From Methanobacteriota archaeon (lineage in GTDB: Archaea > Halobacteriota > Bog-38 > Methanoflorentales > Methanoflorentaceae), in contig OY969693.1 of NCBI GenBank assembly GCA_963701995.1, positions 1,793,512 through 1,857,511 on the forward strand: DNA of 64,000 nt, read 5' to 3'. The notes beneath the pieces are model-generated. The model ran no database searches and was not told the origin of the DNA. It worked only from the letters and a program-made list of their open reading frames with translations. A program made the translations under genes and the position numbers. Below, piece by piece: positions 59,024 to 64,000 of this stretch (its first letter is position 1; every line of letters starts with the position of its first letter).

Positions 59024-59770
59024 ATGTTTAAAGCTGATATTCTCGGAGAGACTCTGAAGGACGGCATTGAAGCATTGACTATCATCGTTGATGAAGCGCG
59101 GGTACATTTAAGCAAAGACGGCTTGTACGCGAGAAATGCGGATCCATCGTATGTGGCGATGGTGCAGTTTGAATTGTCGGCTAAAGCTTTTGAGAATTAT
59201 GAAACTGACGACGAGGTTGTCACACTGGATCTCAAGAAAATGCAGGGCATTCTTGAGCTGGCTAATCGTACAGATGTCATCCGAATCGCCGTTGACGAGA
59301 ACCGAATGGCCCTGTCATTCGGAGATCTTAAGTATACTATCGCACTCTTAAGTCCCTACTCGATAAAGAAGGAGCCCAAAGTGCCAAAGATTGAATCTGC
59401 CGCACACGTCGTTATCACGGGAAAAGAGTTTCGGTGGGCGGTGAAAGCAGCAGGCAAAGTCAGCGACAATATCGCCCTTGGATGCACTGACACTGACTTT
59501 TTTATGGAGGCTCTTGGTGACGCTGATACTATGCGTCTTGAGCTGTCAAAAGATCAGCTTATCGACGTATCGCGCACAGATGGCAAAGCAGATGAGGTAA
59601 GATCACTTTTTAGTCTTGAATTCTTGCTTGAAATGTCCAAAGCAGTCGGAAAGGCTTCTGAAGTCTCCCTCGACATGGGCAAGAACATACCACTCAAGGT
59701 TGGATTTGATTTTGCCGACGGCAACGGTTCTGTCTCGTATCTCTTGGCGCCGCGCATCGAACAAGAATGA
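59024..59770 (+). CDS. pcn: DNA polymerase sliding clamp PCNA
   Basis: 248 aa, MFKADI…GIEALTIIVDEARVHLSKDGLYARNADPS… pattern typical of archaeal PCNA. Confidence 0.8.
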   Translation: MFKADILGETLKDGIEALTIIVDEARVHLSKDGLYARNADPSYVAMVQFELSAKAFENYETDDEVVTLDLKKMQGILELANRTDVIRIAVDENRMALSFGDLKYTIALLSPYSIKKEPKVPKIESAAHVVITGKEFRWAVKAAGKVSDNIALGCTDTDFFMEALGDADTMRLELSKDQLIDVSRTDGKADEVRSLFSLEFLLEMSKAVGKASEVSLDMGKNIPLKVGFDFADGNGSVSYLLAPRIEQE

Positions 59771-59807
59771 AACTCAAACGCGGTCGCACAGGGCCGACGC
59801 TAGAAGC

Positions 59808-60809
59808 ATGGACGAATATCTAGCTCTTTTTCCACATACGGCTGCAGCCGCACGTTACGTAGAAGCATCCGGAAGGACTTTTGACTCTCTCATGACCGCG
59901 GGGGAGTTTTCTGATAGTGTCCTCAACAAAAGCGTTCAGCGAGTGGCACGAGCGATCGACAGCGACGTCCATTCAAAGTCGGTCGAGCGTGACGATTATG
60001 AAATTGAGCTCTTCTCTTACGTTATGGGAAGAGCGTTGGTCTCGTGCATTCGCGAAGCTGTTCTGGTTCAGAGATATGCAAATGCGGAAGCCCACGACGC
60101 ATTTAGCAAGTTGCGGAACGCCGGCGAACGACTTCAGGATGAGTACATTGCGAGGCTGCTGGAGGACTTTGGAATACCAATATTGGTAGATAACAATATT
60201 TTTGAGCTGCATTTCACGGACTTGATCAAGTATACGGGCAGGTTAAGAGGGCCACAGTGGCGCCTCGTTAATCTATTGAACAGAGGCCAAGTAAGTCTTG
60301 CAAAAAACGAGATGATCCAGGTTTTAGCCGAGGCTGTGAGGCTGAAGGTGCTACGCGGGCTGCCACTAAAACTCAGCAGCAAAATGTGCGAAGAACTTGC
60401 GCCTTACACCTCACCCTTGAAAAAAGCGATGTCTGTAGCCTCGTCACGCCCTGCCGATTCTGGTCCTGTGATTTTGGAAGCGTGCCCCCCCTGCATGAAA
60501 GCGTTGCTTTCGCAAGTAAAAGCTGGACAGAACCTCTCACATCCTGCCCGATTCGCGTTGACCTCCTTTTTAGCTAATATAGGTATGAAAGCTGAGGAGA
60601 TCGTGCATATCTATCAAACGTCTCCAGATTTCGACTATGAACTTACGCGTTATCAGGTCGATCACATAAAGGGATCTTCAGGGAAAGACTACATCCCTCC
60701 CGGATGTTCAACGATGGAGACCTACGGTAATTGCACGGAGACTACTGGCCTGTGCAAACGCATCTCTCATCCGCTCTCGTATTACCGAGCGCGACTTAAG
60801 CATCAGTGA
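59808..60809 (+). CDS. priL: DNA primase large subunit PriL
   Basis: C-terminal 4-Cys Fe-S domain (…CPPCMKALL…GCSTMETYGNCTETTGLC…) and helical N-domain. Start trimmed from 59616 because that start overlaps PCNA. Confidence 0.75.
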   Translation: MDEYLALFPHTAAAARYVEASGRTFDSLMTAGEFSDSVLNKSVQRVARAIDSDVHSKSVERDDYEIELFSYVMGRALVSCIREAVLVQRYANAEAHDAFSKLRNAGERLQDEYIARLLEDFGIPILVDNNIFELHFTDLIKYTGRLRGPQWRLVNLLNRGQVSLAKNEMIQVLAEAVRLKVLRGLPLKLSSKMCEELAPYTSPLKKAMSVASSRPADSGPVILEACPPCMKALLSQVKAGQNLSHPARFALTSFLANIGMKAEEIVHIYQTSPDFDYELTRYQVDHIKGSSGKDYIPPGCSTMETYGNCTETTGLCKRISHPLSYYRARLKHQ

Positions 60810-60919
60810 GACAACCGATGACAATAGAACCAAGAAGAGCAATGAGCTGCGGCCGTTCATGAGTTACTGAAAAGAGAGGTGGCCATAACCCGCCACGCCT
60901 CGCGGTCAGGTGCAAGCGC

Positions 60920-62077
60920 GTGAACCCGGAAACGAAAGCATTCCTCCAGAGAAAATTTGGCGATTACTATCGTAAGGCTCCAGTTGGGCTCCCGCCGCAG
61001 TTCAAGAAACGAGAATGGGCGTTTGTTCTGTTTGACTCAAGTTATCCGAAGCTTGTAATGCGACGCCACAAAGCTTTTGGCTCGCAGAAGGAAGTGCGCG
61101 CATATTTGGGCGCAGTTGCACCGGCTCATGTGTACCATTCAACGGCGTGTTATGCTTATCCGAGCGCAACACGCATGCAAGACAAGAAGTGGGAAGGCGC
61201 AGACTTAATCTTCGATCTTGATGCGGACAAGCTCTTGATGAAGTCTGCGCCTTCGTATGCGGACATGCTTCAAGAAGTAAAAGATGAAACCACTAAACTG
61301 TTGGATTTCCTGATGAACGATTTCGGTTTGGATGAGAAGGACTTCAGTATCGTGTTTTCGGGTGGTCGTGGTTACCATGTCCATTTGCGGGAAAAGAAAC
61401 TAGCTACTCTCGGTAGTCATGAACGGCGAGAGGTTGTGAATTATTTGACCGGAACGGGCCTTGAGGCAGAGTATCTACTGAAACGGTCGAGCAAGACTGC
61501 AATGCCAGGAGACACCAGTTGTTGGGAGATTAGAATAAAGACGTGGATTGACGAGTATTTCAAGCGGATAAGCGGACTTGACGCAAAAATTGCGATAAGT
61601 GAGCTTGCATCCGTCAAGGCTATCGGCAAGCGGCGCGCCAAAGAAATTGTTGGCACGCTGTCGCAAGACGCATCGATCCAACCTTTGGTAGAGTCAAAGC
61701 TAATTCCACTAAACGCATGGAAAAGCTTAATCAGAGAAGCTATCTCGCACTTGAAGGTTCGCATCGATGTGCCGGTCACCGCGGACATAAAGAGACTGAT
61801 TCGGCTGCCCACGTCGTTGCACGGTGGCTCTGGCCTTAGGGTCACACCTTTGACTCTAGATCACTTCCGTCGCTTTGCTCCGCTGAATGACGCGGTCGTC
61901 TTCGGCGACAATTCGGTTTCGGTCAGGATTCTCACGTCGGCTACGACTGAGATTATGGGTGAAACTATTAAGGTTGATCAAAGTACAACAGAGCTACCGG
62001 AACACACGGCCGTTTATGTCATGGCGCGAGGGCTTGCCGAATATGAATCTCGACGACTTAAAAGTGATCAGAAATGA
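60920..62077 (+). CDS. priS: DNA primase small catalytic subunit PriS
   Basis: Catalytic motifs DLIFDLDADKL and SGGRGYHVHL; 385 aa. Confidence 0.8.
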   Translation: MNPETKAFLQRKFGDYYRKAPVGLPPQFKKREWAFVLFDSSYPKLVMRRHKAFGSQKEVRAYLGAVAPAHVYHSTACYAYPSATRMQDKKWEGADLIFDLDADKLLMKSAPSYADMLQEVKDETTKLLDFLMNDFGLDEKDFSIVFSGGRGYHVHLREKKLATLGSHERREVVNYLTGTGLEAEYLLKRSSKTAMPGDTSCWEIRIKTWIDEYFKRISGLDAKIAISELASVKAIGKRRAKEIVGTLSQDASIQPLVESKLIPLNAWKSLIREAISHLKVRIDVPVTADIKRLIRLPTSLHGGSGLRVTPLTLDHFRRFAPLNDAVVFGDNSVSVRILTSATTEIMGETIKVDQSTTELPEHTAVYVMARGLAEYESRRLKSDQK

Positions 62078-62804
62078 GGAGCGTCGCTCGCGACGATTGA
62101 CGCAATTAAAGAATAGCTTCTACTCCGAGTTCAAAGAATATATGGATTCACTCAAAAAAAGCGATGATCCGCAGAAAAAAGATGAACTCGAGAACGCTCT
62201 GCAGGTCGCAGACGCAATTTATGATAAACGCGCTGCGAAAATAATCAAGTTGGCGGCGCTCGCGGCAAAAGGGCACATGGAGGAAGCATCGCTGACTGAC
62301 GCCGAAGCCGAGGTCTACGATTCGGTTTACAAGGTATTTACGTATTACCGGGACCGCGTACTCGGACAAAAGGAATCAGACGGCGCGGCCGCTCCGTCAA
62401 TCGAGCCCGTGCTATTAAATGAAAACCGTCGGACCACTTTTGCACTGCCCAAACAGGAATCGGATCGCGTTGCGCTTGACGCTACGAGTATCAAACAGTC
62501 TTTGAAGAAAGGATTGGCACTTCAGCCCTTGATTGCGTCCAATGAAGAAGCGGACGACAGTGCAGACGAAAACGAGGGGCCGCGCGGCGACGAAAGCACT
62601 TTAATACGAGAACGCGGGAATATGAGATACCTCCGAGTGCGAGTGTTGTCAGACATTCCGACGTTTATAGGACTGGACGGCGAAAACTACAAACTTGGAG
62701 AAGGCGACTCGGTTCTGTTGCCCGAGGGGAATGCTCGGGCGTTGTGCGATCGCCATATGGGTATCATGGTCGGTGATAAACTTGAAGATGCCAAAGAAGA
62801 TTAG
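62043..62804 (+). CDS. GINS subunit (Gins51/Gins15-like)
   Basis: Helical A-domain followed by a B-domain-like C-terminus (…[37 protein letters not shown]…). Conserved priS-gins gene order. Overlaps the priS 3' end by ~35 nt in another frame. Confidence 0.6.
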   Translation: MNLDDLKVIRNEERRSRRLTQLKNSFYSEFKEYMDSLKKSDDPQKKDELENALQVADAIYDKRAAKIIKLAALAAKGHMEEASLTDAEAEVYDSVYKVFTYYRDRVLGQKESDGAAAPSIEPVLLNENRRTTFALPKQESDRVALDATSIKQSLKKGLALQPLIASNEEADDSADENEGPRGDESTLIRERGNMRYLRVRVLSDIPTFIGLDGENYKLGEGDSVLLPEGNARALCDRHMGIMVGDKLEDAKED

Positions 62805-63063
62805 GTCAATATGCCCGGTGTGTCGAAAGCACACAACTCATGAAGTTGAGAAGGTGCGAAAAGGGCGCGCATCATCGTTAACGTGGATTGCGCGCCAAAA
62901 AAAACGGCGCACCGGCATTGGTAATCTCGGCAAGTTTTCCAAGGTTCCGGGCGGAGATAAACCAACTAAGCGCATCAACGTTCGCTACCGCTGTACCGAA
63001 TGTAACAAAGCGCATACAAGGAAAGGATTTAGAGTATCGAAGTTCGAGTTAGTGGAGGTGTAA
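62788..63063 (+). CDS. rpl44e: 50S ribosomal protein L44e
   Basis: [20 protein letters not shown]…CTECNKAH zinc-ribbon r-protein. Start trimmed from 62695. Confidence 0.8.
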   Translation: MPKKIRSICPVCRKHTTHEVEKVRKGRASSLTWIARQKKRRTGIGNLGKFSKVPGGDKPTKRINVRYRCTECNKAHTRKGFRVSKFELVEV

Positions 63064-63066
63064 GTA

Positions 63067-63228
63067 GTGAGCAAATTCTTGCGCGTAAGATGTGCGGATT
63101 GTGAGAATATCCAGATTGTTTTCGGCAATGCGTCTTCGGTAGTAAACTGCATAGTCTGTGGGAGAACTCTTGTTGAGCCGCGCGGCGGGAGGGCAGAGAT
63201 AAGGACACAAATACTTGAGGTCTTATGA
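63067..63228 (+). CDS. rps27e: 30S ribosomal protein S27e
   Basis: Hand translation [53 protein letters not shown] (C4 zinc ribbon), with a GTG start. Not in the ORF track because it is under 60 aa. Confidence 0.7.
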   Translation: MSKFLRVRCADCENIQIVFGNASSVVNCIVCGRTLVEPRGGRAEIRTQILEVL

Positions 63229-63998
63229 GAAAAGCTTGGCCAGAGATCGGAGACTTGGTCGTTTGTACAGTGGTTAACGTAGTCGACTTTGGAGCATTTG
63301 TCCAACTCGACGAGTACGACAAGAAGGAGGGGCTAATTCATATCTCCGAAGTTGCGTCTGGGTGGGTAAAGTACATAAGAGATCACGTAAGGGAAGGTCA
63401 AAAGATCGTGTGCAAGGTCCTGAGCGTTGATCCGAGTCGAAGCCACATAGATCTCTCGTTCAAGGACGTTAATGAGCATCAGAGACGCTCCAAAATTCAG
63501 GAATGGAAGAGCGAACAAAAAGCTGAAAAGTGGCTAGAATTTGTAGCCGACGCTACCGGGGCGGACAAAGATGCGCTCTATGATCAACTCGCTGACAAAT
63601 TCGACGGTCTTTACTATGTCTTTGAGGACGCAGCTATGCGGGGCCCAGAAGCTCTCAAGGGACTTCAGCCCGAGGTTGCCGCTCAAATTGCACTCGTCGC
63701 TAAGGAGAACGTAAAAATACCTTACGTGTACATCACAGGTTACGTAGATTTGACATGTCCTCAGCCGAACGGGATAGACGTTATCAAACGTGCGCTGAAA
63801 GCCGCCATGAAGTCCGAAGATGATGACATTCGCTTTGACGTGAGTTACATCGGGGCGCCTCGTTACCGCATAAGGATAGTCGCCCTCGATTATAAGATCG
63901 CAGAAAACGCGATGAAAAAGGCGGCTAACGCATCCATAGACGTGGTAGTGAAGGCTGGCGGCACGGGAAAGTTTCATAGAGAACTTCAATCATCATAG
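63225..63998 (+). CDS. translation initiation factor aIF2 alpha subunit
   Basis: N-terminal S1 domain (…[40 protein letters not shown]…) followed by a helical domain; 257 aa. Confidence 0.8.
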   Translation: MRKAWPEIGDLVVCTVVNVVDFGAFVQLDEYDKKEGLIHISEVASGWVKYIRDHVREGQKIVCKVLSVDPSRSHIDLSFKDVNEHQRRSKIQEWKSEQKAEKWLEFVADATGADKDALYDQLADKFDGLYYVFEDAAMRGPEALKGLQPEVAAQIALVAKENVKIPYVYITGYVDLTCPQPNGIDVIKRALKAAMKSEDDDIRFDVSYIGAPRYRIRIVALDYKIAENAMKKAANASIDVVVKAGGTGKFHRELQSS

Positions 63999-64000
63999 TA

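Noticed and set aside
1-64000. CRISPR array search
   Set aside because: No run of three or more evenly spaced identical 24-40-bp repeats was seen anywhere. The only tandem/periodic repeats are the short A-rich motifs at 14.48 kb and the 17-bp pair at 2.43 kb.

Overview
This 64 kb window appears to be archaeal chromosome. Supporting signs are an AglB/STT3 oligosaccharyltransferase with the WWDYG motif, archaeal-type ThrS, the PCNA-PriL-PriS-GINS-L44e-S27e-aIF2alpha block, aIF1/SUI1, Trm1, Fae and CofD (methanopterin and F420 markers), a 2-oxoacid:ferredoxin oxidoreductase, and BRE/TATA-like promoters. The organism looks like an H4MPT- and F420-containing (methanogen-like or methylotrophic) euryarchaeon; lineage cannot be fixed from sequence alone.

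The left ~17 kb (about 1.5-18.1 kb) looks like an integrated mobile element or defense island inserted at a tRNA-Val(CAC) gene. It carries a complete Type I restriction-modification operon (hsdM-hsdS-hsdR) followed by a DUF45/WLM-like HExxH metallopeptidase. It also carries an 856-aa PrimPol-D5/SF3-helicase replication protein, several unknown ORFs and an AbiJ-like HEPN protein next to a coiled-coil protein. A tyrosine-recombinase integrase abuts the tRNA, and a diverged C-terminal fragment of a second integrase lies beside it. An AT-rich repeat-bearing region and a 600-bp noncoding stretch with iteron-like repeats are also present.

The remainder is core genome. It encodes OFOR alpha/beta, a PNPOx-like protein, aIF1, HypD, SurE, a large secreted (alpha/alpha)6 glycosidase-like protein, an aminopeptidase, a flavodoxin, Fae and an orphan nucleotidyltransferase. 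An N-glycosylation locus follows (aglB, an FtsX-type ABC exporter, two GT4 and one GT2 glycosyltransferase), then MtaB-like methylthiotransferase and ThrS. A cofactor (methanopterin/F420) biosynthesis cluster includes a DHPS-like protein, PHP, a DmrX-like flavoprotein-ferredoxin, a CitG-like+DUF447 fusion, a DUS-like FMN TIM-barrel with an unusual Cys-rich tail, and cofD. Downstream are ubiX-ubiD with a coupled unknown gene, Trm1, a DUF106 YidC-like insertase, RlmE/FtsJ, a QueD/PTPS-like protein and the replication/translation block.

Coordinates come from the supplied ORF track; several starts were trimmed by inspection and are inferences.
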